Shown here: positions 27,873-39,950 of the stretch, piece after piece
Layout: the number at the start of each line of letters is the position of its first letter
Position numbering within the stretch: the first letter of the stretch is position 1
Assembly: GCA_963804645.1 (NCBI GenBank)
Contig: CAWDRG010000009.1
Location: 1,088,001 to 1,152,000, forward strand
DNA: 64,000 bases
Direction of reading: 5' to 3'
From: an uncultured Bacillota bacterium
Lineage (GTDB): Bacteria > Sysuimicrobiota > Sysuimicrobiia > Sysuimicrobiales > Segetimicrobiaceae
Made by a program: the position numbers and the translations under genes
The notes under the pieces: model-generated
Database searches by the model: none
What the model was told of the DNA's origin: nothing
What the model saw: the letters and a program-made list of their open reading frames with translations, nothing else

Positions 27873-29081
27873 ATGACGGCGCTGCTTCCACTTGACGATC
27901 TTGTCGTGCTCGAGACGGGTGAGGGGATCGCGTCGGCCTATGCCGGAAAGCTGCTGGCCGAGGTCGGGGCGACCGTGATCCGGGTGGAGCCGCCGGGCGG
28001 CGGTCCGTTCTTCCAGTCGGCTCCGCTGGTGGGCCGCGACGGCGGGACGCGGGTGGGCGCGCCGTACCTGCACCTGAACCGCGGCAAGCAGAGTGTGGGG
28101 CTCGATCTCCACGGCGCCGGAGGGCCGGAGGCCTTCGGCCGGTTGGCCGCCACCGCGGATGTGCTGCTCGACGGGCTCGGGGTGCGCCCGCTCGCCGAGC
28201 TCGGGCAGTCCCACGAGGCGCTGTGCCGGCGGCATCCCGGGCTCATCGTGGCCGCGATCACGCCGTTCGGCCTGACCGGCCCGTACCGCGATCTCGCAGT
28301 CTCCGACTTCGTGCTCCTGGCGCTCGGCGGCCTGCTGAATATGATCGGGTACCCGACCCGCGAGCCGCTGCAGCTTGGGGGCGCCCAAGTCCAGTACGCG
28401 GGCGGGATCAGCGCGTTTACGGCCCTGATGGCGGCGATTCTGTATCGGATCGCTACCGGGATCGCTCGGCGCACGGGCAGCTCATCGACGTGTCGCTGCT
28501 CGAGTCCGTCGCCTACATAGAATGGAAGAGCGGGGCGTACTTCGACACGGACGGCCGGGTGCGGCGCCGCGGGTCGGACTCCGAGTGGGTGGTGCTGCCC
28601 GCCCGCGACGGCCACATCGGGCTCGTGTATCAGGCTGAGGACTGGGCGGCCCTGAAGGCCTTCCTGCAGCTCGACGGCCTGGAAGACGAGCGATTTGCGA
28701 CGCGGCGCAGCCGGACCGCGCACGCGCGCGAGCTGCAGGCGATCGTGGCGCCGTGGTTTGCGGCGCGGACGAAATCCGAGATCTACCACGAAGGGCAGGC
28801 GCGCGGCGTCCCGCTCGGATACGTTGCGACGATCAGCGACCTGCTCGCCTCGGAGCAGTACGCCGCGCACGGGTTCTGGCAGACCTGGACTATCCCGGGA
28901 TCGGGCCGGCCGCGTACACGGGTCTGCCGTATCGGGCGGCCTGGGCGCCGGTGCCGCGGCGCGCGCCGGTGCCAGGGGAGCACACGCGGGAAATTCTCGA
29001 AGAACGCGCGGGCTACTGGCCGACGAGCTCGACCGCCTGCAGCATGCCGGGACGATCGCGCCGGCGCCGGCCGGCGAATGA
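27873..29081 (+). CDS. Family III CoA-transferase (CaiB/BaiF), frameshifted
   Basis: GKLLAEVGATVIRVEPPGG, LNRGKQS and ITPFGLTGPY; GQLIDVSLLE in the next frame; shifts near 28460 and 28890-29020. Confidence 0.85.
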
Positions 29082-29914
29082 CCGCGCCGGGCTACGGACA
29101 GCTCGTGCTCTTCGAGCGGCACGACGGGGTCGGCCGCATCACCTTGAACCGGCCCGAGAAGCGCAACGCGCTGAGCCGGGCGCTGCAGGAAGAGCTACGG
29201 GCGGCGCTCGATGCGGCGCGCGCCGACTGCCGGGTGCTGGTGCTGACGGGCGCCGGGCCCGCGTTCTGCGCGGGGGTGGATCTCTCCGAACGGCGCGAGA
29301 CGTCCGGCACGACGCGGGTCGCCGCGAGGCGAGCGGCGTCCGGGACGCGGCGCGAGCCGATGCGCGCGATGTGGGTGGAGACGAACGAGGTGATTCGGAG
29401 GCACCCGGCGATCATGATCGCCGCGGTGAACGGGTTCGCGCTTGGGGGCGGGCTGACGCTGGTGCACAACTGCGAGCTGGCGGTCGCGTCCGAACGGGCG
29501 GAGTTCGGCATGCCGGAGGTCGGGTTCGGGATCTTTCCCGCGGTGTCGGGGCCGGCGACGATCCGGCGGCTGCGGCCGAAGCACGCCGCGCACATGATTC
29601 TGACGGCGCGGCGGGTCGACGCTCCGACGGCGGAGCGATGGGGCTTGGTCAATGCGGTCGTGCCCCACGAGCGGCTGCTGGAGGAGGCGGAGGGGCTGGC
29701 GCGGCACATCGCGCAGTTCGATCCGGTGGTGCTGGACTACAGCAAGAAGGCGATGCGGGATCTCGCCCTGATGCCGTGGAGCGAGGGGATCGGGTACGGC
29801 AGGTACGTCAACAGCGCGATCCGGGAGCACTCGCAGGCGTCGCGGGAGGGTGTCGACCGCTTCCTGCGCGGGCAGCGGAATCCTGGCCAGGGCACCGACG
29901 CCGGGGGCCGATAA
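29078..29914 (+). CDS. Crotonase-fold protein, hydroxycinnamoyl-CoA hydratase-lyase-like, copy 1
   Basis: ITLNRPEKRNAL, AFCAGVDL, GGGLTL (first Glu absent), FGMPEVG, DPVVLDYSKK, PWSEGIGY and RFL..QRNPG. Confidence 0.88.
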   Translation: MTAPGYGQLVLFERHDGVGRITLNRPEKRNALSRALQEELRAALDAARADCRVLVLTGAGPAFCAGVDLSERRETSGTTRVAARRAASGTRREPMRAMWVETNEVIRRHPAIMIAAVNGFALGGGLTLVHNCELAVASERAEFGMPEVGFGIFPAVSGPATIRRLRPKHAAHMILTARRVDAPTAERWGLVNAVVPHERLLEEAEGLARHIAQFDPVVLDYSKKAMRDLALMPWSEGIGYGRYVNSAIREHSQASREGVDRFLRGQRNPGQGTDAGGR

Positions 29915-31249
29915 TGGAGGGATCGATGGGGCGCGACAGGACGCGGCGCGGCTGGGCCGTTCGGCGGGGACGCGCTGCGGGGACTGCGGATCGCCGACCT
30001 GACGATCATCACGGCCGGCCCGAACGCCACGCAGATGCTCGCGGATCTCGGGGCCGAAGTCGTGAAGGTGGAGTCCGGCCAGCACCCGGATCCATTTCGG
30101 TTCTGGCACGCCCCGTTGGGGAGCGCCGCCGAGGCGGCCCCGGATCCGTGGAACTGGTCCTGTATGTTCAACATGCTCAACCGGAACAAGCTCGGCGTGG
30201 TGCTCGACCTGAAGCACCCGCTCGGCAAGGAGGCGTTTCTCCGGCTCGTCAAGGTGAGTGACGCCGTCACGGAAAACTTCCGGCAGGGCGTGATGGACCG
30301 GCTCGGCCTCGGCTTCGACGACTCCGCCGGGTCAATCCGCGGATCATCCTATTGTCGGTCGGAAGCCAGGGAGTACCGGTCCCGAGCACGGGTACCGGTC
30401 GTACGGGTCGACGCTCGACGCGCTGTCGGGGCTGATGAGCCTGACCGGGTACGAGGATTCGCCCCCGGTATGGTCCGGGCAGGGCATGAACTATCCCGAC
30501 CAGGTCGCATCGATGTTCAGCGCCGGACTGTTGCTGGCCGCGGTGCGCTATCGCGACCGCACCGGGCAGGGATGCTTCCTCGACGTGTCGCAGCGCGAGC
30601 TCGTAACGACGATGATCGGCGAGTACGTCCTGGAAACCACCATCAGCGGCACAACGCCGCGGCCGCGCGGCAACCGCCGTCCGGGGATGGTGCCCCAGGG
30701 ATGCTTCCCGTGCGCGGGCGAGGATGCGTGGGTGGCGATCAGCGTGGAGACCGACGCGCAGTGGCGGGCCCTGTGCGAGGCGATCGGACGCCCGGACTCG
30801 GCGACCGACGATCGCTACCGGACGGCGGCCGCCCGGCGCGCCACACCGAAGAGCTGGAACAGGCGATCGCAGCGTGGACGCGGTAGCGGTCCAAGCACGA
30901 GGCGATGCAGCGCCTTCAGGCCGCGGGGGTGCCCGCCGGCGCGGTGCAGTCGGGCCGCGACATGCTCGAGGATCCGCAGTTGGTGAGCCGCGGGTACTAT
31001 GTGACCGCGCACAACGTGTAGGCGGGCCCGCAGCGGCTCCGGGTGGCGCCCTACCGGATGACGGCGACCCCTCCCGCGATGACCCGCGCGGCGCCGACCT
31101 TGGGACAGGACACCACTACCGTGCTGCGCGACCTACTGGGGTATTCGCCCGACGAGATCACAGAAATGGAGCGGTTGGGCGTGACCACCGTGGGGGCGAG
31201 TCCGGGGAGGCGCTCCCGAACTGCGCGTACCGCACCGGCGTCGAGTTAA
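29914..31249 (+). CDS. Family III CoA-transferase (CaiB/BaiF), frameshifted
   Basis: LRGLRIADLTIITAGP..TQMLADLGAEVVKVES, FNMLNRNK, ENFRQGVMDRLG, YPD, LDVSQRE and APTLGQDT. Several shifts and a TAG near 31019. Confidence 0.85.
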
Positions 31250-31366
31250 CCATCCCCGGCGATCCGCACGCGCCCGCGAGCCCGGGCGGCGCGGCATCGA
31301 GCTGGGTCGTGCGTGGTGCGTCGATGACGCACCATCCGTTCTGACAGCCGTGGGAGGCGATTCTCG

Positions 31367-33073
31367 ATGACTAGTTCGGCAGCGTCACGCACGCGGCATG
31401 GGCGCTACACTCGGCGGTGGATCCTGCGCGCCGGCGCGGCCGCGGCGGTGGGTCTTGCGGGCGGTCCGGCATTTGCGCCCGATCGGGCGACGGCGGCGGG
31501 CGTAAAGCGTGGCGGCGTCTACTCGGGGTCGCTGGATGCGGATCCGGCGAGCCTGGATCCCTACACGACCGCCAGTGAGGGCGTGGCGGAGTTCGCCTGC
31601 TATTCGTACAGCCGGTTGTTCATGCTGAAGTCCGGCCCAGGGACCGTCAAAGGATCGATCGCCGTTGTGCCGGACGCGGCCGCATCGTACCGGGTCTCGA
31701 AGGACGGACTGACCTACGTGGTGCAGCTCAAGAGCAACGTCCGGTTCCACGCGCCGCTTGACCGCACGATGACCGCTGACGACGTGGTGTTCTCGTGGGA
31801 CCGCATGAACGGCCGAGTGAAGGGGACCAGCCCGAGCATCCGGCTCACGAACCTCAACATGGTGGAGTCTGTCACGGCCATTGGTCCGCTGACGGTGGTC
31901 TTTCTCCTGAAGACGCCGTATCCGTTTTTCACGGGGCGTTTGGCGGATCCGAAGGGGCTTGTGATTTTGCCGAAGGAGGCCTGGACCACGTTCAACCCCA
32001 CCGAGAGGATGATCGGATCGGGGCCGTGGATCATGGGGCAGTACACGCCCGATACCGTCGTGCAGTTTCGGCGGAATGCCGCGTGGCATCTGGGCCCCGA
32101 GCTCCCGTACTACGACACGCTCACGCTCAGCATCATCCCGTCGTACGCCACCCGACTGACCCAGTTTCAGGCGGGCCATCTCGACGCGCTGAACGTCGAG
32201 GGCGCCGATCTCAAGCAACTGAAGGACACGGTGTCCGGCGTGCAGATTTACGAGACCCCGGAGGCGCCGCTGAGCGTGCTCAATTTTTCTCCGCACGAAC
32301 CGCGCTGGGACGACGTGCGCCTGCGGCTCGCCGTTTCGATGGCATTGGACGGGACGCGATGCTGGAGTCTGCCTACAGCCTCAAGCAGGTCGCGCAGGCC
32401 GGGTTCCCCGTGGCCCGGAAGTGGCACAACAACGTCCCCGCGGCGTTCGCGGACTACTGGCTCGATCCCAAGGGGAGCCGCATCCGCGCGAAGGCCGCGG
32501 CGGGGTTCAAGTACAATCCCACCGCCGCGAAACAGTTGGTGGCGGCGGCCGGCGGCCCGTTCGACACGGAGTTCCACTACGCGGCCGCAAACTCGCGGTA
32601 CGGCGATGCGTACCGCGTGATCGCCGATTTGACGGTGCAGTACCTCGGTCAAATCGGGATCAACGCGCGCGGGATCGAGGAAAGACTACAACGCTGTGTT
32701 TATCCCCCAGACCGGCGAGGGCGGGCGGTTCAACGGCTTGATGTACATCCCGCAGACGCGCACCGATCCGTTCGCACACCTGCAGTATCAGTTCGTTGAC
32801 CCCGGGCACCCTTTGTATGGGCACCGGAGCCACCCGACGATCACCGACCGGATCCAGAAGATCCAATCCCTGCTCGACCCGGCGGAGATCCGATCGCAGA
32901 TTCTCGACGTGCAAAACGACATCGACGAAGCGATGTTCATCGTCCCGATGGAGTTCGGCGCCGCGCCCAGTTTCGTCGCGTACCAGCCGTACATGCGAAA
33001 CGTCCTGCAGTACCAATCGCTGGGCGAAGGGGGCGCGACGGAGAACCTGCCTTCGTACTGGTCAAGCCGCTGA
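31367..33073 (+). CDS. Family 5 (peptide/nickel) ABC substrate-binding protein with Tat signal; frameshifted
   Basis: TRRWILR twin-arginine leader, DPASLDP, TADDVVFSW, IGSGPW and DVRLRLAVSMALD. Shifts near 32350 and 32680. Confidence 0.85.
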
Positions 33074-33082
33074 CGGCCGCCG

Positions 33083-34037
33083 ATGCGGCCGTACGTGATC
33101 CGTCGGTGCGCGCTCGCGGTGCCGACCATCATCGGCATCACGATCGTGGTGTTTCTGTCGGTGCACTTTCTCCCCGGCGACATCGTGACGCAGCTGATCG
33201 GCGCCGACGCGCAGTACATCAACCCGGAAAACGCGGGCCGCAATGGAGCGGCGGTACGGGCTGGATAAGAGCCTCGCCGAGCAGTACGTCGCGTGGTGGG
33301 AAGATCTGGCCGCCGGCAGCCTCGGCCGGTCGCTGATCAGCGGACGTCCAATCACCTGGGACCTTGGGGTCCGGCTACCCGTGACGTTCGAGCTGAGTTT
33401 GCTCGGTATGGTGATCTCGCTCGGGATTGCGGTGCCAACGGGTGTCTTGTCGGCGGTTCACCGTGACACGCCGCTCGACTACGTCATGCGCAGCTTCTCG
33501 ATCCTCAAGCTCGCCGTCCGGGCGTTCTGGTTCGGCCTCCTCACGATTACGTACGGGTTCATCCTGTTTCGCTGGACGCCGCCGCTTCATTTCACGCCGG
33601 TGTGGGAGGATCCGCTCGCGAACCTGCGGATCGTGTGGGTGCCGGCCGTCATCCTCGGCACGTTTCTGGCGAGCAGCGTCATGCGGTTCACGCGCACGGC
33701 GATGCTGGATGTGCTGCACCAGGATTACGTGCGGAGCGCGCGCGCGAAGGGGCTCGCCGAGACCGGGGTGGTCGTGCGCCACGCGCTCCGCAACGCCCTG
33801 ATCCCGGTCGTGACGATCGTCGGCCTCCAGGTGCCGGTCCTGGTGGGGGGCACCGTCGTCCTCGAGCAGATCTTTTCGATGCCCGGTGTCGGCAGCTTTC
33901 GGGTGACCTCCGTGCAGCAGCGCGACTATCCGGTGGTGCAGGCCATCGTGCTCCTGACGGCCGTGGTCGTGGTCCTGAGCAACCTTGTGGTGGATATGGT
34001 TTATGTGCTGCTCGATCCCCGGATCAAGTACTCGTGA
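33083..34037 (+). CDS. DppB/OppB-type ABC permease (frameshift near 33240)
   Basis: MRPYVIRR, LPGD, LGRSL, RLPVTFEL, QDYVRSARAKGL, HALRNALIP and LDPRI. Confidence 0.9.
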
Positions 34038-34879
34038 CGAACTCGCGCGCGCTGCTCCGGTTCGCCCGCACGAAGCCGCTCGGCGCGGCGGGAGGCGTGA
34101 TTGTCCTCGTGCTGATCCTGTGCGGTCTTCTGGCGCACGAGATCGCCCCGTACCGCTACGATCATTTCGACGTGTCGCAGCGGCTCGAGCCGCCGTCGAG
34201 CCAGCACTGGTTTGGGACCGACGAGCAAGGGCGTGACGTGTTCAGCCGCGTGATCTACGGCGCGCAGTCGTCGATACTCATTGGGTTCGGCGCGGTCGCG
34301 ATCTCAGCGGTGATCTCCATCTCGCTCGGGCTCGTCTCGGGATTCTACGGCGGGTGGGTGGATCTGTCCCTGCAGCGGCTCGTGGACGTGTGGCTGGCGT
34401 TCCCCGGGGTGATCTTCGTGATTCTCGTCGTGTCGGTGCTCTCGAACAGCGGCACGACGCTCGTGCTGACGATGGGGACCCTGCTCGCCGCCGGCTCGTC
34501 GCGGATCGTGCGCGCCGCCGTCCTTGCGATCCGGGAGATGTCGTGGGTCGAGGCCGCGCGGGCCGCCGGGGCGCGCGACGGCCGCCTGGTGATGCGCGGC
34601 CTGTTGCCGAACATACTCCCGATCGTCATCGTGAACGCGTCGATCCAGGTCGGGATCGTGATCCTGCTCGAGACGACGCTTTCGTTCTTGGGGTTCGGAC
34701 CGCCGCCGCCGTTTCCGTCCTGGGGCCGGATGCTTTCGGAGGCACAGACTCAAATGCTGTATCATCCAAATCTGGCGGTGTTCCCGGGGCTCGCGATCAC
34801 CGTCGCCGTCTACGCGTTCAATATCTTCGGCGATGCGCTCCGGGACGTGCTCGACCCACGACTGCGGGGCCGGGGCTAA
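34034..34879 (+). CDS. DppC/OppC-type ABC permease
   Basis: HWFGTDEQGRDVFSRVIYGA, EAARAAGA, LSFLGFG, PSWGRML and GDALRDVLDPR. Confidence 0.92.
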   Translation: MTNSRALLRFARTKPLGAAGGVIVLVLILCGLLAHEIAPYRYDHFDVSQRLEPPSSQHWFGTDEQGRDVFSRVIYGAQSSILIGFGAVAISAVISISLGLVSGFYGGWVDLSLQRLVDVWLAFPGVIFVILVVSVLSNSGTTLVLTMGTLLAAGSSRIVRAAVLAIREMSWVEAARAAGARDGRLVMRGLLPNILPIVIVNASIQVGIVILLETTLSFLGFGPPPPFPSWGRMLSEAQTQMLYHPNLAVFPGLAITVAVYAFNIFGDALRDVLDPRLRGRG

Positions 34880-35002
34880 CGGCGCGGGGCGGGGGCGCGC
34901 GCTGGCGCCGCGCGACGGCGCAGCGAGCTCGGATCATCGGGGGATGGGTGCGCCTGCCCCGTGCCGGCCGCGCCAGCCGGGATCAGTCCGAGGAGGGCCG
35001 CG

Positions 35003-35704
35003 ATGTCTGAACCGCTTCCGATCGTGCTCATTCCCGGCCTGCTGTGCTCGGCCCGGCTGTACGGCGAGCAACTGCCGGCGCTGTGGCGGCACGGTCCCGT
35101 CGTGCTCGCCGATCACACGCGCGGCGACAGCATGGAGGAGATCGCGCGGCAGATCCTCGCCGCGGCGCCGCCCAGGTTCGCCCTCGTGGGCCTCTCGATG
35201 GGCGGATATCTTTCGTTCGAGATCATGCGCCAGGCGGCGGACCGGGTCCCCCGGCTCGCCCTGCTCGACACGACCGCGCGAGCCGACATGCCGGAACAAA
35301 GCGAACGCCGCCGCGCGCAGATCGCGGTCGTCCGGGACGGGCGGTTTGGCGAGATTCCCGACTCGCAGTTCCCGGTCTGGGTCCATCCCGCCCGGGCGCA
35401 CGACGAGGCGCTGCGGCGGATCGTGCGGCTGATGGCGGAGGAGACCGGCGCCGAGGCGTTCATCCGTCAACAGACCGCGCTGCTCAGCCGTCCCGACTCG
35501 CGGCCGGGGCTCGCCGCGATCCGGTGTCCGACCCTGGTCCTGGTGGGGGATGCGGATCAGGCGACGCCACCCGATCGGGCCGCGGAGATCGCCGAGGGGA
35601 TCGCGGGGGCACGGCTCGTCACCGTGCCTGGGTGTGGCCACCTGTCGACCCTTGAGCGGCCGGCGGAGGTGACGCGGGCGCTCCTCGAGTGGTTGGAGGC
35701 GTGA
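35003..35704 (+). CDS. Alpha/beta hydrolase
   Basis: LIPGLLC, GLSMGG, PTLVLVGDAD and GCGHLSTLERP. Confidence 0.9.
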   Translation: MSEPLPIVLIPGLLCSARLYGEQLPALWRHGPVVLADHTRGDSMEEIARQILAAAPPRFALVGLSMGGYLSFEIMRQAADRVPRLALLDTTARADMPEQSERRRAQIAVVRDGRFGEIPDSQFPVWVHPARAHDEALRRIVRLMAEETGAEAFIRQQTALLSRPDSRPGLAAIRCPTLVLVGDADQATPPDRAAEIAEGIAGARLVTVPGCGHLSTLERPAEVTRALLEWLEA

Positions 35705-35743
35705 GCGCCAGTGGAGCGGCGAGCGGGTCGCGACGGCGCTGCC

Positions 35744-37482
35744 TTACACGCCGCGGCGGAGCGCGCCGAACAGCCACTGGCTCAGCGCGATCGCGACGAA
35801 CGAGAAGGTAGCGAGGATCGCCGCCAGGCTGAACGCGACGTTCGGGTTGCCGCCGAAGTACGTGAACCAGATGTCGATCGCGGCGGTCATGGTCTTGGAC
35901 GTGTAGAGCATCAGGGTCATGCTGACCTCCAGCGTGACCTGCACGAAGATGAGGGTCCAGGCGGCCAGGAGCGCGGGAGCGTGCGAGCGGCATGAGGATG
36001 CCCGCGACTGCCCGGCCGGCGCCGGCGCCGTGGACCCGGGCGGCCTGCTCCAATTCCGGGTCGATCTGGGTCAGGCTGGCACTGATCCCGCGGATGCCTT
36101 GGGGCATGAAGTGGGTCACGTAGGCGATCAACAGGATCGACGGCGTCCCGTAGACGCCGGTCGGGATGAAGAGGTACGCCCACAGAATGCCGAGGCCGAG
36201 GCTGATCGCGGGAACCTGAAAGCGGGAGCATCGCGAGAAACCCGATCACGCGGGGCCAGCGCGATTCGCTCCGCGAGACGAGATAGCTGATGCCGCTGCT
36301 CAGGCCGAGCGTCACCGTCGCGGCGAGCAGCGCGTAGAGGAACGTGTTGCGGAGCGCGAGCGCGGTCGTCCCGAGGCTGGCGAGCTGCGCGTAGTTCTGG
36401 AGCGTGAAGAGGTTCGGGGTAATCTCCGGCGTGAAGTACCGCATCAGTGACACGAGCAGCAGCGTGCCGTACGGGGCGGCGACCGCGATCAGCAGGTAGA
36501 GGATCGCGAGGCCGCAGGTCAGGTGCCGCCAGGGGCCGAGTGCTACGGGCTTCGGCGCACTGGCTTTGCCGGTGACGGTGATGAACCGGCGCTGGAAGCG
36601 CGTCGCGCGGCTGTTGAGGAAAAACCCCACGATCGTGATCACGAGCAGCAGGCAGCCGATGGCGGCCGCGTAGTTCGGGCGGCTGGGCGAGTCGACCATG
36701 GAGAGATAGAGCTCGTACTGCAGCGTCGGGATGCGCGCCCGCAGTCCGATGACCACCGGGACGATGAACTGCTCGCTCGCGAGCGAGAAGATGAGGAGCG
36801 AGGCCGCGGCGATGCCCGGCGTGACGAGCGGCAGCGTAACGCGGCGGAGCGTCGTGAGCACCCCGGCCCCCGCCGTCCGCGAGGTGTCCTCCAAGCTCGG
36901 GTTCAGCGTGTCCAGGATGCCGACGATCAGCAGATACGCGAACGGAATGAAGAAGAGCGATTCGACAAGGACCATCCCGCCGATCGAGTAGACATTGACG
37001 AGCGTCCACGATCCGGGGATCACGTGGCGGGCCCAGTCATTCAGGAGGCCCACCCGCGCGATTGGCGAGGATCGTCCACGCGATCGTGGTCAGCACCGGC
37101 GAGAACAACATCGGCAGAATGAAAAGGATGCGCGAAACTGGCGGCGGTACGGCGTGTCCGTACGGCTGACGATCCACGCGAGGAACGCGCCGACGGCAAC
37201 CGAGGCGACGGTGACGCACACCGAGACGAGGAACGTGTTCTGCATCGCGGGCAGATTGGCCGTGGTGAGGAGTTGGGCCCACGACTTGAGGGTCAGCGTG
37301 GCCCCGGGCGTGCCGGGCGAGTCGCTCAGCACCGACGCGTACAGGAGCGCGCCGATCGGCAGCACGGCGAGCACGACGGTGAGAGCCAGTGTCAGCGCGG
37401 TGGCGAGCGAGGTCCCGAGCGCACGCAGGTCGCCCTGGATGACGGCGGTGTCTCCCCCGGGTTCGATTCCGGAAACGCTCAT
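35744..37482 (-). CDS. FbpB-type double-domain ABC permease, frameshifted
   Basis: AWIVSRTDTP, LNPSLEDTSRTAGA..TLRRVTLPL and QIDPELEQAARVHGA, in consecutive frames. Confidence 0.85.
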
Positions 37483-38577
37483 CCGGCGGCGGGTTCGCCG
37501 GCGAATCCCAGCACGGTCGACGACGGTGCGCTCGAGACAATCCTGCGGTGCCGGGCTGCCATCCGCTGTCCTCCGACTGGACGGTGAGCTCCGCCTCTCC
37601 CACGGCCACGAGGTATTCGATCTGGGACCCGAAGTACGTGCGCTCGCGCATCCGCATCGGCCAGCAGTTGGTGTCGCCCATCGGTTCCTTTCCGAGGCGA
37701 GAGGCCCTGCCGGCGCAGGACGACCTGCACCGCCGCATCCGGGGCGGGGGCTGCGGGCAGCGCGCACTGGATGGTCAGACCGGCCGCGCGCACGGTCGCG
37801 GTGCGGGTGCCCGCGTCCCACCCCGCGAGGCTTCCCTGCAGCAGGTTGCCGCCGCCGACGAACTGCGCGACGAACAGGCTGGCGGGGCGGGCGTACAGAT
37901 CTTCAGGCGTGCCGTCCTGGAACGATGCGCCCGCCGTTCATCAGCACGACGCGCTCGCAGATGGCCATCGCCTCGGTCTGGTCGTGCGTGACGTAGATCG
38001 AGGTGACCCCCAGCTGCCGCAGCACGATCTTGAGCTCGCCGCGCATCTGGAGTGCGGACGACGCGTCGAGGTTCGACAGCGGTTCGTCGAGGAGGACGAT
38101 CTTCGGGCCGCGCGACGAGGGCGCGGGCCAGGGCCACGCGCTGCTGCTGCGCCGCCGCGACAGCTGATGCGGGTAGCGCCGGCCGAGCTCGCCCAGGCCG
38201 AACGCTGGGCGAGGGCGTCGACGACGCGCTGGGGCGATCTCGGTTTTGGCGACCCGTCGCATCTCGAGGGGATAGCCGACGTTGGCCGCGACGGTCATGT
38301 GCGGCCACAGCGCATACGATTGGAAGACCATGCCGATATCCCGCTGTTCGGGGGGGGAGGTCGGCCGGCCGTCGGCGACCAGCCGGTCGCCGATGTAGAT
38401 CGCGCCCGCGCTCGGCGTCTCGAGGCCGCCGAGGCACTTGAGCGTGGTGGTCTTGCCGCACCCCGATGGGCCCAGCAGGGCGACGACCTGGCCGGACGGG
38501 ATGTCGAGCGAGATCCCGCGCAGCGCCGTGACGTCGCCGTAGGATTTGCGGAGGGATTCGATGCGGATGGATGACAT
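37479..38577 (-). CDS. FbpC/PotA-type ABC ATP-binding protein, frameshifted
   Basis: GPSGCGKTT, MVFQSYALWPHMTV, LLDEPLSNLD and YVTHDQTEAM; TOBE-like tail RTYFGSQIEYLV. Confidence 0.88.
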
Positions 38578-38876
38578 GGCGAAGCGGTGCCGAGACGGCT
38601 TAGGGTGCGCCCTGCGCGCGGCTGGCGATCGAGACGGCCGCGTGTGCGGCGCGATGCAGAGAGGGGCCCTCCTCGTATTGCTCGGTGTGTGCTTGAATCA
38701 CCGCACGACGTGTTCGCTTCGTCGCGGTCCGCTCCCTTTCAGCTCGTGGGCGATCCACGTGCGACGCGCGGGAGGAAATGTCGAGGGCCGGCCCCGAAGC
38801 CGATCGGCGGCCCGGAGCCCCGCGCAGAGGGGAGCCGGCCGCAAGGCCGCATGACGGAAGGCAGGGAGCCATCGCG

Positions 38877-39904
38877 ATGTTGACCGGGACGCTGGCGATC
38901 TTCGCAAGCCGTTTCTCTCCAACGTCGGCCGGACAGCAAGTCCTGACTTGAGCGACACCGCGCACGACCCGCGTGTCTGGCAGGCGGTGATGTCGATCAT
39001 CGCCGACCTCGGCGCGGAGCCCACGCTCGCGCTGTTCGCGCCCCGGCCGGCGGACTACGACGATCCGCCGCGCGCCGTGTGCGCGTCCATGACGAAGTCC
39101 GATCTGAACGTCCTCTTGGCGTCGACCGGGATGCTGCACAGCGCGGCGTCGATGGAGGCGATGGCGGGTGGCGTGCCGTGCATCTGCATGGACGGCGGAC
39201 TGCGCCTCGAGAATTTTCAGGCCGGGGCGGTGACCGCCGACTACGCCGAGATCGCGAGGATCAAGCATTTCGTGGCCAAGAACGTGTTCGGGCCGCACCC
39301 CCGGCAGGTCCGGGTGGCCTCGCGGTTCGGGACCGACTTGACCTATTCTGTCGAGGGGCGCATTTTCGTGCCGCCGCTCCGGGGCCCGGAGTACGATCCG
39401 TTCAAGGTGTACCGCCGGACCGAGGAGGGGCGGGCGCGCAGCCCCCTCCACGCGTGCTGGTTCCCGACCGGGGAGTTCAACATCCCGCCGGTCGAGGGCA
39501 GCGCGAACGGCAAGGCCGTGATCGACCTGAGCATGCATCACCTGGGCCGGCTGCAGAGCCCGATCGAACTGACGGTCCGCGACGGCCGCATCACGACGAT
39601 CGACGGCGGCGCCGACGCGCGGACGCTACGGGACTATCTGGCCGCGTACGGCGACGACAACGCCACTCAGTTCCCAACGGAAGCATCGATCGGGCTCAAC
39701 CGCCAGGCGCGCGTGACGGGGGTCCAACGCGAGGACAAGAACATTTTTGGGTCGATGCATTTCGGGCTCGGTACCAACATCGACGTCGGTGGGACCGTGA
39801 AGAGCAACATCCACATGGACGGCGTGATGCTGGAGCCGACCTTGATCGTCGACGGCGAGGTCAGGATCCACGACGGGAAGTTTCGCGTCCCGGTGACGGA
39901 GTAA
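38877..39904 (+). CDS. Peptidase M29 (aminopeptidase T)-fold protein; N-terminal frameshift
   Basis: GTDLT, FPTGEFNIPPVEGSANG, EASIGLN, EDKNIFGSMHFGLG and SNIHMDGVM. Upstream ATG 38877 with GGGAG RBS. Confidence 0.8.
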
Positions 39905-39950
39905 CATCGCACGCTGCACGGGCGGCGCGCGGGACGCCAGGGTGATAGGG

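Noticed and set aside
37457..37472. tRNA T-arm-like sequence CCGGGTTCGATTCCGG
   Set aside because: No acceptor, D or anticodon arms can be built around it, and it lies within the 5' end of the minus-strand permease gene.
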